DNA from: Alphaproteobacteria bacterium
GTDB lineage: Bacteria > Pseudomonadota > Alphaproteobacteria > Rickettsiales > SXRF01
DNA: 64,000 nucleotides
NCBI GenBank assembly: GCA_033763575.1
Contig: JANRKF010000033.1
Coordinates: 6,278-70,277 of the forward strand
Reading direction: 5' to 3'
The position numbers and the translations under genes are program-made. This document shows positions 9,612 to 18,582 of the stretch, piece after piece. The first letter of the stretch is position 1; each line of letters begins with the position of its first letter. The notes under the pieces are model-generated. The model was not told where the DNA came from, did not search any database, and saw only the letters and a program-made list of their open reading frames with translations.

Positions 9612-11454
9612 ACTTGCCGTTTTCGCGCTGGCGCTGGCGTTTTCCCTAAGCCTGCTTCAGGCCTTTTCACTCTATGAAAAGCGGCTTCTTCCGCTGCTTT
9701 CCCCGGGCTCATCACTTTCGGCGCTTCTGGTATTTCTGGCCTTTATCATCCTCATACTGCTGCGGATCGATTCCGATTTTACCGTGGCCAATGTCGCAGA
9801 GCATTCCAACCGCGCATTGCCACTGCTCTATAAAATCGCCGGGACGTGGGGCAACCATGAAGGATCGCTGCTGTTATGGGCGCTGGTGGTCACCGGTTTC
9901 GGCGCCTGCCTCGCTGGCCGCCATCCCCGCGCCGCCGCCATTCAAGCGCTGCTGGCTGCAGGTGTGCTGGCCTTTATCCTTGGCAGCTCCAACCCGTTTG
10001 AACGAATTTTCCCGCCGCCGCCGGATGGCAAGATGCTGAATCCATTGCTGCAGGATATCGCGCTTTCGCTGCATCCGCCGATGCTATATCTCGGCTATGT
10101 CGGTTTTTCGGCGGTATTTTCCCTCGCGCTCGCCGGGCTGTGGGAAAGGAAAATCGACCGCGCATGGGCCGAGGCCGCGCATCCATGGATCATGTTCGCA
10201 TGGTCGGCCCTCACCATGGGTATAGCGCTGGGTAGCTGGTGGGCATATCGCGAACTCGGCTGGGGCGGCTACTGGTTCTGGGACCCGGTGGAAAATGCCT
10301 CGCTCATGCCGTGGCTCGCGGCAACGGCGCTCCTGCATTCCAATATCGTGCTCAAAAAACGCGGGCAACTTGCACGCTGGGTGGCGCTGCTCGCCATACT
10401 CACCTTTGCGATGAGCCTGATCGGCACGTTCCTGGTGCGTTCCGGTGCCATCACCTCGGTGCATAGCTTCGCCAGCGATCCGGCACGCGGGCTGTATATT
10501 CTGGGCTATATCGCGCTCTCCATCGGCGGCGGGCTATGGCTCTACGGCGCACGGGCGGGCAGCCTTGCAGAGACTGCGCCGCTTCGTCCGGCTTCGCGTG
10601 AGGGCGCCATCGTCGTCAATAATTTATTCCTCACCACTGCCTGCGCTACCGTCCTGCTCGGCACGCTCTACCCAATGATCGCAGAGCTTGCGAGCGGTGC
10701 ACAAATCACCGTCGGCGCGCCTTATTTCAACAGCGTCGTGCTGCCGATACTGGCCGCACCCTTGCTGCTTGCCGCGCTCACCGCCTTCCTGCCGTGGAAA
10801 AAAGCGTCGCTCGCGCAGGTGGTTAAACGGGCGTGGTTTGCGTTCGCCGCTGCACTGGTGGTGGCTATGCTGGTGATGGCCGTGGTGGCGCAGGAAACAC
10901 TGCTGGCTGCCTGCGGGCTTGGGCTTGGGGCCTTCCTGATGGCGGGAAGCGCGCAGTGGCTGGCCGCCGGAAGATGGCGGATGCGGGGAAGCTGGCCGGT
11001 ATTCCTGGGGCATACGGGTGCAGCGATGATTGTGATCGGCATCACCGGCACCAGCCTGTGGAGCAAGCAGACCGAGAGTTTTGCCGGCATCGGCGATGAT
11101 ATTGCGCTCGCCGGTTATGTGCTGAACGTCGCCGGGGAAACCACGCTGGACAAACCGAATTACCAGGCGCAACGCCTGACCCTGCATGTGAAAAAAAATG
11201 GCGCGCATGTCACCACGCTCGCACCGGAATTCCGCCGCTATAAAATACAGGGCAGCGCCACCAGCGAGGCCGCCATCCACAGCACCGGCGCCTATGACCT
11301 CTATGCCGTGATCGGCGAAAAAAATGACAAGGGCAAAACCGCGCTGCGGATTTATTTTAAGCCCACCATCTCGTTTTTATGGCTCGGCGCGCTGGTGATC
11401 GCCAGCGGCGGTCTATTGGCAGGCACCATCTCCCTGCGAAGAAGGCGGCCATGA
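9601..11454 (+). CDS. ccmF: heme lyase CcmF
   Basis: 617-aa polytopic protein containing the WGGYWFWDPVEN tryptophan-rich motif. Confidence 0.95.
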   Translation: MLAELAVFALALAFSLSLLQAFSLYEKRLLPLLSPGSSLSALLVFLAFIILILLRIDSDFTVANVAEHSNRALPLLYKIAGTWGNHEGSLLLWALVVTGFGACLAGRHPRAAAIQALLAAGVLAFILGSSNPFERIFPPPPDGKMLNPLLQDIALSLHPPMLYLGYVGFSAVFSLALAGLWERKIDRAWAEAAHPWIMFAWSALTMGIALGSWWAYRELGWGGYWFWDPVENASLMPWLAATALLHSNIVLKKRGQLARWVALLAILTFAMSLIGTFLVRSGAITSVHSFASDPARGLYILGYIALSIGGGLWLYGARAGSLAETAPLRPASREGAIVVNNLFLTTACATVLLGTLYPMIAELASGAQITVGAPYFNSVVLPILAAPLLLAALTAFLPWKKASLAQVVKRAWFAFAAALVVAMLVMAVVAQETLLAACGLGLGAFLMAGSAQWLAAGRWRMRGSWPVFLGHTGAAMIVIGITGTSLWSKQTESFAGIGDDIALAGYVLNVAGETTLDKPNYQAQRLTLHVKKNGAHVTTLAPEFRRYKIQGSATSEAAIHSTGAYDLYAVIGEKNDKGKTALRIYFKPTISFLWLGALVIASGGLLAGTISLRRRRP

Positions 11455-11954
11455 AATTACTGCCGCTTGGAATTTTACTTGCGATATGCGCCCTGCTCGC
11501 TTTTGGCATGATGCGGAAAAATGACGCGCCGCCGGATTCGCCGCTCATTGGGAAAGCTTTTCCAGCGCTGGCTTTAGAAGGCCGCTCACTTCAGGAACTT
11601 TCCGCAAGGCAGGTAACGATTATCAATATTTTTGCAAGCTGGTGCGCTCCCTGCGCGCTGGAACAGCCGACGCTCTTGCGCTTCAAAGAAAAAAATATTG
11701 CACCCACCATCGGCATTGCATGGAAAAACAAACCCGGCGATGTGGCGCAGTGGCTGCAGGAACACGGCAATCCCTACACCCATTTACTGCATGATGAAAA
11801 AGGCGATATTACCGTGCCACTCTCGCTCACCGGCGTTCCGGAAACCTTCATCATCGATAAAGGCGGCGTGGTGCGCTATCACACCAGCCAGCCCATTACC
11901 GATGAGCACATGGCACAGGAAATCATTCCGCTAGTGGAAAGGTTGCAGCAATGA
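11451..11954 (+). CDS. ccmG: thiol:disulfide oxidoreductase CcmG/DsbE
   Basis: ATG 11451 overlaps the ccmF stop (ATGA). It has a TM anchor, a WCAPC active site and GVPETF. Confidence 0.9.
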   Translation: MKLLPLGILLAICALLAFGMMRKNDAPPDSPLIGKAFPALALEGRSLQELSARQVTIINIFASWCAPCALEQPTLLRFKEKNIAPTIGIAWKNKPGDVAQWLQEHGNPYTHLLHDEKGDITVPLSLTGVPETFIIDKGGVVRYHTSQPITDEHMAQEIIPLVERLQQ

Positions 11955-12415
11955 AATATATATTTGTCATTGCGAGCGAAGCGCGGCAATCCATAGCTGT
12001 GAGTTGTATTAAAGCAAGATGGATCGCCACGGCCTGCGGCCTCGCGATGACGATATTTCTTATCTCACCTGCCGCCGCGCTCACTGTGGATGCGAAGCTG
12101 CCCGACCGCGCACAGGAAGCGCGTGCGCAAGCCCTTTTCCATGAATTGCGCTGCGTGGTCTGCCAGGGCGAAGCGATTGCCGATTCACCCGCCGATGTCG
12201 CACGCGATTTACGCCGCGTCGTGCGTGAAGAAATCGCGAGCGGGAAAAGCGATGACGAGGTCAAAAGCTTTCTGGTCGATCATTACGGCGAGCGCGTGCT
12301 GATGATGCCGGTGAAGAATACGCGCAATGCTCCTTTGTGGTTGCTGCCTTTAATATTGCTGCTTGGCGGCGCATTATTCGCGTGGAAACGACTGTTCCGC
12401 AGGGGGCCCCAATGA
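11951..12415 (+). CDS. ccmH: cytochrome c-type biogenesis protein CcmH
   Basis: Contains the LRCVVCQGE motif and a C-terminal TM helix. ATG 11951 overlaps the ccmG stop (ATGA). The first 32 codons are repeat-derived. An alternative start, ATG 12047 (MTIFLISPAAALT), gives a canonical length. Confidence 0.85.
   Translation: MKYIFVIASEARQSIAVSCIKARWIATACGLAMTIFLISPAAALTVDAKLPDRAQEARAQALFHELRCVVCQGEAIADSPADVARDLRRVVREEIASGKSDDEVKSFLVDHYGERVLMMPVKNTRNAPLWLLPLILLLGGALFAWKRLFRRGPQ
11966..12051. repeat. double-hairpin palindromic element (GTCATTGCGAG family)
   Basis: One arm is GTCATTGCGAGCGAAGCGCGGCAATCCAT. The other is ATGGATCGCCACGGCCTGCGGCCTCGCGATGAC. It lies in frame within the 5' part of the ccmH ORF. 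Confidence 0.7.
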
Positions 12416-13029
12416 CCCTGTTCATCTTCAGCATGATCCTGTTGTTGCTCGCAGTGCTGGCGCTTATGCTGCTGCCAATGGCGCGAACGGGCGACCGAAA
12501 ATCTGCGCTACAGATAGCAGTCGCCATTACATCGGCCAGCGTGCTGGTGTATGCACTTTGCGGCTCGCCGCGTGTGGTGCCGCTGGCTGAGGAGCATAAT
12601 GCCGAATTGCGTGCCCTCTACGCACAGATCAAAACCACCTCGGCGCTGATCGAAAAACAACCGCAGAACCTGGAAGCGTGGCTCACACTGGCGCAGGCCT
12701 TTTCCGATGCGGGCGATTATGCGGCGGCGGCGAACGGCTTCAAGCAGGCGGTGCTACTTTCCAAAGGCCACCCGCGCATCATCATGGCGTACGCTGAATC
12801 GCTCATTTTACAGGCCGACGGAGTGGTGACGGATGCGGCCAAAAAATCCATCGACATCGCGCTGATGATCGACCCGCAACTGCCGCTCACCCGCTATTAC
12901 CAGGCGGTGTGGTTGTTGCAGGAAGGGCGGCAGCCGGAAGCGATGGAGATGATGAAAACGCTCTACCACGAACTGCCGGATGACTCTTCGCTCAAGAAAC
13001 GAATGAAAGCGCAAATAGGCCGCGACTAG
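12412..13029 (+). CDS. ccmI: c-type cytochrome biogenesis protein CcmI/CycH-like (TM plus TPR)
   Basis: ATG 12412 overlaps the ccmH stop (ATGA). It has two N-terminal TM helices and then TPR-like repeats (EAWLTLAQAFSDAGDYAAAANGFKQAV). Confidence 0.75.
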   Translation: MTLFIFSMILLLLAVLALMLLPMARTGDRKSALQIAVAITSASVLVYALCGSPRVVPLAEEHNAELRALYAQIKTTSALIEKQPQNLEAWLTLAQAFSDAGDYAAAANGFKQAVLLSKGHPRIIMAYAESLILQADGVVTDAAKKSIDIALMIDPQLPLTRYYQAVWLLQEGRQPEAMEMMKTLYHELPDDSSLKKRMKAQIGRD

Positions 13030-13152
13030 AGCGTTTTCGCTTTAGTTGTGCGCTAGGCAACTGAGGCGAGGCGCACGGAATGTACAACCAGTACATGAGT
13101 ACGCCGAGTCCGAAGGGTAACAACGCGCACGGCTAAATGGAAAATGCTCTAG
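13026..13152. repeat. long imperfect palindrome spanning stop-to-stop between convergent ccmI and nadE
   Basis: The termini CTAGAGCGTTTTC and GAAAATGCTCTAG are inverted repeats with one mismatch. Inner arms are GTGCGC...GCGCAC. Both TAG stops lie inside the termini. Confidence 0.55.
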
Positions 13153-14771
13153 AAATGATTGGTCAGCGGATAACGACGGTCACGGCCAAACATCATCGAG
13201 GTTATTTTGACGCCCGGCGCGCTCTGGCGGCGCTTATATTCACTGATACGCACCAGATGCACGACGCGTTTTACCACCCCGACATCAAAGCCCTGCGCCA
13301 CAATTTCCTCGGCGGATTTGCGGCCTTCGAGATGCAGCGCTAAGATCTTATCCAGCAGCGGATACTCCGGTAGCTGGTCGCTGTCTTTCTGGTTTGGCGC
13401 AAGCTCCGCCGACGGCACCTTGGTAAGCGAGCGCGCCGGAATCACAAAACCTTGCCCGTTGCGCCACTCCGCCAGTGTATACACCTGCGTTTTATAGACG
13501 TCCTTGATGCAGTTATAGCCGCCGCAGGCATCGCCGTACAAGGTGGTGTACCCCACCGCGATTTCCGATTTATTGCCGGTTGAAAGCAGCATGAGGCCGG
13601 TTTTATTGGAAAGCGCCATGAGCAACTGCCCGCGTATGCGCGCCTGGATATTGCCACCCACCGCCACATCTTCCATCACTTCGCCCATCAGCGGATGCAG
13701 GGTTTGCCGCGCGGTTTCCATCATCGGCGTGATCGGAATGATGTCGGTCTTAATCGTCAGGTTGGCTGCGAGTTCCAAGGCGTCGTCGGTGCTTGCTTGC
13801 GAAGTATAGGGCGAAGGCAGGAGCACGCCGCGCACATTGGCCGCGCCCAGCGCATCCACCGCCACCGCCGCCGAAACCGCCGAATCGATGCCGCCGGAAA
13901 GCCCCAGCAGCACGCCGGAAAAACCGTTCTTGCGCACATAATCGCCGAGGCCCGTCTCCATCGCCTTCCAAACCGCATGCTCTTCCGAAATTGTTTCAAG
14001 GCGTGGCCGCTGGTCGTCGTCATGCGCCGCGCCACCGACCTTCAGCGGCGAGCGCACCACATGCAGCGTCTCGGCAAATTGCGGCGCTTCCGACACCACA
14101 TAGCCGCTGGAATTCACCACAAACGAGCCGCCGTCGAACACAATATCGTCCTGCCCGCCCATCATATTGGCGTAGATGATCGGCGTATGCGAGACCTGCG
14201 CCGCCAGCGCCGTGATTTTCTTGCGCGCCGCGAGCTTGCCCATTTCAAACGGCGAGGAATTGATGACGATAATCATCTCCGCATGCTGGCGCGACAATTC
14301 CTGCGCATATTGCAGGTGCCAGATATCTTCACACACCAGAAGCGCCATCCGCGTGCCGTTCCACTCGAATACCTTGGCTTTGTGACCGGCGGTGAAATGG
14401 CGTTTTTCATCGAAGATGCCGTCATTCGGCAGCATGATTTTAAAATGGATATTCTGAATGCGCGCATCCGAAGCAAACACCGCCGCGTTATACACCGCAC
14501 CGCCTTCCTCCCATACCGTGCCGAAGACCAGCCCGGCCTCGGTCGTCGATGCCGCGATTTTTCGCGCCCTCTGCATCGCTGCCGCCCGAAACGAAGGCAT
14601 CAAAAGCAAATCCTCCGGCGGATAACCGATGAGCGAGAGCTCCGGGCAAATCACCAGCCCGGCGCGCTTGTCGCCCGCCTGCGCATAGGCCGCAAGAATC
14701 TTTTCCGCATTGCCGTCAAGATCACCGACGACCGGGTTAAGCTGGGCCAGGATGATGTTCGGTTGTTGCAT
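13149..14771 (-). CDS. nadE: glutamine-dependent NAD+ synthetase
   Basis: 540 aa. N-terminal CN-hydrolase domain (CPELSLIGYPPEDL, LLVCEDIWH). C-terminal NAD synthetase domain with the SGGIDSAV P-loop. Confidence 0.95.
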   Translation of the reverse strand: MQQPNIILAQLNPVVGDLDGNAEKILAAYAQAGDKRAGLVICPELSLIGYPPEDLLLMPSFRAAAMQRARKIAASTTEAGLVFGTVWEEGGAVYNAAVFASDARIQNIHFKIMLPNDGIFDEKRHFTAGHKAKVFEWNGTRMALLVCEDIWHLQYAQELSRQHAEMIIVINSSPFEMGKLAARKKITALAAQVSHTPIIYANMMGGQDDIVFDGGSFVVNSSGYVVSEAPQFAETLHVVRSPLKVGGAAHDDDQRPRLETISEEHAVWKAMETGLGDYVRKNGFSGVLLGLSGGIDSAVSAAVAVDALGAANVRGVLLPSPYTSQASTDDALELAANLTIKTDIIPITPMMETARQTLHPLMGEVMEDVAVGGNIQARIRGQLLMALSNKTGLMLLSTGNKSEIAVGYTTLYGDACGGYNCIKDVYKTQVYTLAEWRNGQGFVIPARSLTKVPSAELAPNQKDSDQLPEYPLLDKILALHLEGRKSAEEIVAQGFDVGVVKRVVHLVRISEYKRRQSAPGVKITSMMFGRDRRYPLTNHF

Positions 14772-14797
14772 AAAAAATACTCTATTTGTGGAGAAGC

Positions 14798-15139
14798 TTA
14801 TGGAGCGACAAAACCGTAAATTGCACCGCGCAACGCATCATTCATGCGCGTTTGCCAACCCGCACCAAGCGCCTTGTAAGCGGCCACAATATCCGGATCA
14901 ATGCGTAACTTCACCTCTTGTTTTGTTTGCGGTAATTTTGGGCGGCCACGCTTGCGAATTCTCTCTTGATTCTCGGCCAAGAATTTCTTGGCCGCTTTCT
15001 CACCCATTAATTCAGCAAGAACCTCCGGACCAGGGCGCGTATTTTTAAAAAACGCCGCGCCCGCTTCCGGCACATCATCTTCATCCAACAGCACACGTTT
15101 TCCATTGTTATATTCAATATATTTATCGCGTTTTTTCAT
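14798..15139 (-). CDS. brnA: BrnA-type antitoxin
   Basis: 113 aa. The C-terminal part (KLRIDPDIVAAYKALGAGWQTRMNDALR) is typical of BrnA/DUF4415-like antitoxins. It overlaps the brnT stop by 17 nt. Confidence 0.7.
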   Translation of the reverse strand: MKKRDKYIEYNNGKRVLLDEDDVPEAGAAFFKNTRPGPEVLAELMGEKAAKKFLAENQERIRKRGRPKLPQTKQEVKLRIDPDIVAAYKALGAGWQTRMNDALRGAIYGFVAP

Positions 15140-15392
15140 AGTGCTTCCTTTCTTTCTTATTCGCCGTCCGAAGCGAAATCACCCGCGCATTTCCATCGCG
15201 GTATGTAAACGACATAAAACATAACTCGCCATCTATCATACCCACCGCATTATAGCGCGGCTCACCATAATCCTTACGTGTATCAATCTCTAATTGCGCT
15301 GCGCTCCAATCAAAATAATACGCCCGCTCAAAATCCAACCCGTGCTTGGCAATGTTTCTGGCATTCTTGACCGGGTCGAACGTAATTCTCAT
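15123..15392 (-). CDS. brnT: BrnT-type toxin (DUF497)
   Basis: Internal ATG 15392 gives MRITFDPVKNARNIAKHGLDFERA...RVISLRTANKKERKHY, the BrnT family pattern. The longer track ORF starting at 15473 would run into etfA. Confidence 0.75.
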   Translation of the reverse strand: MRITFDPVKNARNIAKHGLDFERAYYFDWSAAQLEIDTRKDYGEPRYNAVGMIDGELCFMSFTYRDGNARVISLRTANKKERKHYEKTR

Positions 15393-15433
15393 CCGATTAT
15401 TTGTACACCCAATAAATAAGAATGTCAAGCAAA

Positions 15434-16363
15434 CTAAAGCAGTTTTTCCAACTCCGGCAACACCGTTTCCCACTCGCCGACCAGCCCGTAATCCGCGATT
15501 TCAAAAATCGGCGCGTTTTCGTCTTTGTTGATGGCGACGATGATCTTGCTGTCTTTCATGCCCGCGAGATGCTGGATCGCACCAGAAATGCCGATAGCGA
15601 TGTACAGCTCAGGGGCGACGATTTTCCCCGTCTGCCCCACCTGCGCATCGTTGCTCACATATCCTGCATCCACTGCCGCACGGCTCGCGCCAATCGCCGC
15701 GCCCAGTCTATCTGCCAGCGGCCCCAGCTTTTTGAAATTCTCCGCAGAGCCAAATGCGCGACCACCGGAGACTACCACCCGTGCCGAGGTGAGTTCCGGG
15801 CGTTCGGATGTGCTCGCCTGCAATTCCACGAAACCCGAAAGGCCGGAATCGGGAAGTGCAGCAATGGTTTCTATAACTGCACCAGACCCCGCAACAAGTG
15901 CGGGGATAAAGGCGCTTTGGCGCACCGTGACGACGAGCGGCGAAACCGGCGCCTTCACCGTCTCGATCGCATTGCCCGCATAAATCGGGCGCTTAAATGT
16001 GTCCGGCGAAATCACCTCGATAATATCCGACACCTGAATCGTATCGAGCAGCGCGGCGGCCCGCGGCATGATGTCTTTGCCGGTGGTCGTCGCGGTGGCA
16101 AGGATGTGCGAATAATTCTTGCCGATGCCCGCAATGAGCGGCGCGATATTTTCCGCCAGAGGCCATGCGTAATGCGGCGCGTCGCTATGCAAAATTTTCG
16201 TTACCCCGGCAAGGCCAGAAGCCTGCTTAGCCGCCTCACTCGCATTATGCCCCGCCACCAGCACATGAATCTCACCGCCGATTTTTGAAGCCGCCGTCAC
16301 CGCATTCCGCGTGGCAGATGCGAGGGACGTATTATTATGCTCGGCAAGTATGAGAATGGTCAT
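15434..16363 (-). CDS. etfA: electron transfer flavoprotein alpha subunit
   Basis: 309 aa. Contains VVSGGRA, AVDAGYVSNDAQVGQTGKIVAPELYIAIGISGAIQHLAGM. Confidence 0.95.
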   Translation of the reverse strand: MTILILAEHNNTSLASATRNAVTAASKIGGEIHVLVAGHNASEAAKQASGLAGVTKILHSDAPHYAWPLAENIAPLIAGIGKNYSHILATATTTGKDIMPRAAALLDTIQVSDIIEVISPDTFKRPIYAGNAIETVKAPVSPLVVTVRQSAFIPALVAGSGAVIETIAALPDSGLSGFVELQASTSERPELTSARVVVSGGRAFGSAENFKKLGPLADRLGAAIGASRAAVDAGYVSNDAQVGQTGKIVAPELYIAIGISGAIQHLAGMKDSKIIVAINKDENAPIFEIADYGLVGEWETVLPELEKLL

Positions 16364-16373
16364 ATTATTCCCA

Positions 16374-16490
16374 ATCCCCGCACTTGTTGCGGGGTCCAGT
16401 CAGTTTTCTACTATAAATCTTCATGTATATTCCCATATTTTCTACCAGACCCCGCAATGCGCCTGCGATGCAGGCTTATGCGGGGATAAC
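16374..16490. repeat. double-hairpin palindromic element in the etfB-etfA spacer
   Basis: One arm is ATCCCCGCACTTGTTGCGGGGTC. The other is CCAGACCCCGCAATGCGCCTGCGATGCAGGCTTATGCGGGGATAAC. The last codons and the stop of etfB (VIPA*) lie in the right arm. Confidence 0.6.
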
Positions 16491-17228
16491 GCCCTCATTC
16501 TTCAGTTTATCCACCAGCTCGGCCACGTCTTTTACTTTGACGCCGCCACTGCGTTTTTTCGGTTCCTCGAATTTCTCGTGGGTGAACCGCAGCGCAATAT
16601 CCACGCCCATGTCCGCCGCCGGAATTTTTTCCAGCGGCTTGGCTCTCGCCTTCATGATATTCGGCAGCGCCAGGTGGCGCGGCTCGTTCAGGCGCAAATC
16701 GGTGGTGACGATACAAGGCAGCGGCAATTTCACCGTGACCAGCCCGCCATCAATCTCCCGCGTGACCACCGCCGCACCGTTTTCCACCACCACTTTCGAG
16801 GCGAAGGTGCCCTGCCCCCAATTGAGTAACCCGGCGAGCATCTGCCCGGTTTGCGAGGCATCATCATCAATCGCCTGCTTGCCGATAATCACCATTTCCG
16901 GCGCTTCTTTTTCCACCAGCGCCTTCAATAATTTAGCCGCACCGAGCGGCTGTATTTCGGTGTCGGTGTGGATATGCACGGCGCGATCCGCCCCCATGGC
17001 AAGGGCCGAACGCAACTGCTCCTGCGCGCCATCCGCACCAATCGTTGCGACCACGATTTCCGTTGCAATGCCTTTTTCCTTGAGGCGGACCGCCTCTTCC
17101 ACCGCGATCTCATCAAACGGGTTCATCGACATTTTGACGTTGGCCAGCTCCACGCCCGAACCATCCGCCGCAACACGAATACGCACGTTGTAATCCACCA
17201 CACGTTTGACGGAAACAAGGATTTTCAT
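16476..17228 (-). CDS. etfB: electron transfer flavoprotein beta subunit
   Basis: 250 aa. Translation begins [19 protein letters not shown]..., with [11 protein letters not shown] and [10 protein letters not shown]. Confidence 0.95.
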   Translation of the reverse strand: MKILVSVKRVVDYNVRIRVAADGSGVELANVKMSMNPFDEIAVEEAVRLKEKGIATEIVVATIGADGAQEQLRSALAMGADRAVHIHTDTEIQPLGAAKLLKALVEKEAPEMVIIGKQAIDDDASQTGQMLAGLLNWGQGTFASKVVVENGAAVVTREIDGGLVTVKLPLPCIVTTDLRLNEPRHLALPNIMKARAKPLEKIPAADMGVDIALRFTHEKFEEPKKRSGGVKVKDVAELVDKLKNEGVIPA

Positions 17229-17417
17229 AGGTTTACCATAGCGAAAGAGAATGAAGGAAGGGTTAATCGCCTCCCCGCAGACATAGGGTTATCTCAGGTT
17301 ACATTTATACTCTCCCATGGGGAAATGTGTCACGGAAGGGGGTAAAGTGGATTTTTTTGAAAAAAATGACAACCCACTCAATTCCAATGAAAGATCGGTT
17401 ATCCGGGGACGAATAGC

Positions 17418-17984
17418 TCAGCGATTGACGCCCGGCACCCAGAGCACGTCATCGACGCCGTTATTGTTCATGGCGCGGGCCAGTACAAAAAGGAAATCCG
17501 ACAAGCGGTTGAGGTATTTCACCGCTTCGGGATTGGTTTTTTCCTCCACCGCCAGATGACATACCAGCCGCTCGGCGCGCCGCACCACCGTGCGCGCCAG
17601 ATGCAGGTGCGCCGAGGCCTGCGAGCCGCCGGGCAGCACGAAGGAGTTGAGCGGCGCGATATGTTCGTTGAGCGAATCCATCTCGGCTTCGAGACGCGAA
17701 ACCTGCGCCGGAATAATGCGAAGCGCCTTGTCCTCGCCGCCCGCATAAGGGGTCGACAAATCCGCGCCTAAATCAAATAAATCATGCTGGATGCGCGAGA
17801 GCATATCGTCATGCCGGCTGCCATGCGCGGTGCATAAACGCACCACGCCTATGGCGGAGTTGGCCTCATCGACCGTGCCATAGGCCTCAACGCGCAGGTC
17901 ATACTTCGCCCGCCGCGATCCATCCACCAGCCCGGTATCCCCCGCGTCACCCGTGCGGGTGTAAATTTTGTTCAGCTTGACCAT
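17418..17984 (-). CDS. cob(I)yrinic acid a,c-diamide adenosyltransferase, PduO type
   Basis: 188 aa. Contains IYTRTGDAGDTGL, then FVLPGGS and LHLARTVVRRAER. Confidence 0.9.
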   Translation of the reverse strand: MVKLNKIYTRTGDAGDTGLVDGSRRAKYDLRVEAYGTVDEANSAIGVVRLCTAHGSRHDDMLSRIQHDLFDLGADLSTPYAGGEDKALRIIPAQVSRLEAEMDSLNEHIAPLNSFVLPGGSQASAHLHLARTVVRRAERLVCHLAVEEKTNPEAVKYLNRLSDFLFVLARAMNNNGVDDVLWVPGVNR

Positions 17985-17987
17985 TCA

Positions 17988-18182
17988 CTATGTATTGCCC
18001 AACATGAACATGAACGCAAGCATAAGCAATGCCAGACCCTGCATGCCCACGCGGCTGAACATCAAACTGTTTCCGTATTTACGATTCGCTTCTCCACCGG
18101 CCGCCATCAGCGCAATGCCCGCAATCAGCACACCAAACGTTACGAGCATCAGAACGACGACGATGTAATCACCGACTGTCAT
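17988..18182 (-). CDS. twin transmembrane helix small protein (HIG1-like)
   Basis: 64 aa with two predicted TM helices separated by GGEANRKYGNSLMFSR. Confidence 0.65.
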   Translation of the reverse strand: MTVGDYIVVVLMLVTFGVLIAGIALMAAGGEANRKYGNSLMFSRVGMQGLALLMLAFMFMLGNT

Positions 18183-18303
18183 AACTACCTCCCGCTTGCG
18201 CCTTTGATATTTTTTTGAATATCGGAACTATGGAACAAAGGCCCCGGAAACGTAATCCTGTTTTGGTGCGAATGCAACGGAAGAATATGCTGCAACGCAG
18301 CAT

Positions 18304-18486
18304 TCAGGCTTTTCTGCGCACCATTTTCAAAACGTAGGTCTTGCTGCAATAAGGGCAGGAAATGCGCCCGGCCGCCTCGTCGATATGCAGGAACACGCGT
18401 GGATGCCCAAGCGCGCCGCCGCCGCCGTCGCAGGCGACTTCAGGATGATGGGTTTCGATGAGTTCAAACGCTTTCATATTCGTCAT
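18304..18486 (-). CDS. zinc-finger domain protein (NDUFS6-like)
   Basis: MTNMKAFELIETHHPEVACDGGGGALGHPRVFLHID...ISCPYCSKTYVL. The start ATG 18486 is the ATGAC terminus of the adjacent repeat. The track ORF extends into the repeat. Confidence 0.7.
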   Translation of the reverse strand: MTNMKAFELIETHHPEVACDGGGGALGHPRVFLHIDEAAGRISCPYCSKTYVLKMVRRKA

Positions 18487-18564
18487 TCTGCGGCTTGCGA
18501 TAGCAAGAGCGCAGAATCTCCCTTTTGGATCCTGCGCAGTCGCCAACGCGACTCGCAGGATGAC
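18482..18564. repeat. double-hairpin palindromic element (GTCATTCTGCG variant)
   Basis: One arm is GTCATTCTGCGGCTTGCGATAGCAAGAGCGCAGAATC. The other is GGATCCTGCGCAGTCGCCAACGCGACTCGCAGGATGAC. Confidence 0.65.
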
Positions 18565-18582
18565 ACCATTTTAAAATTCCTG

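Noticed and set aside
13695-14819. 374-aa ORF antisense to nadE
   Set aside because: Its composition is Arg/His-rich. The opposite strand encodes an unmistakable NAD synthetase.
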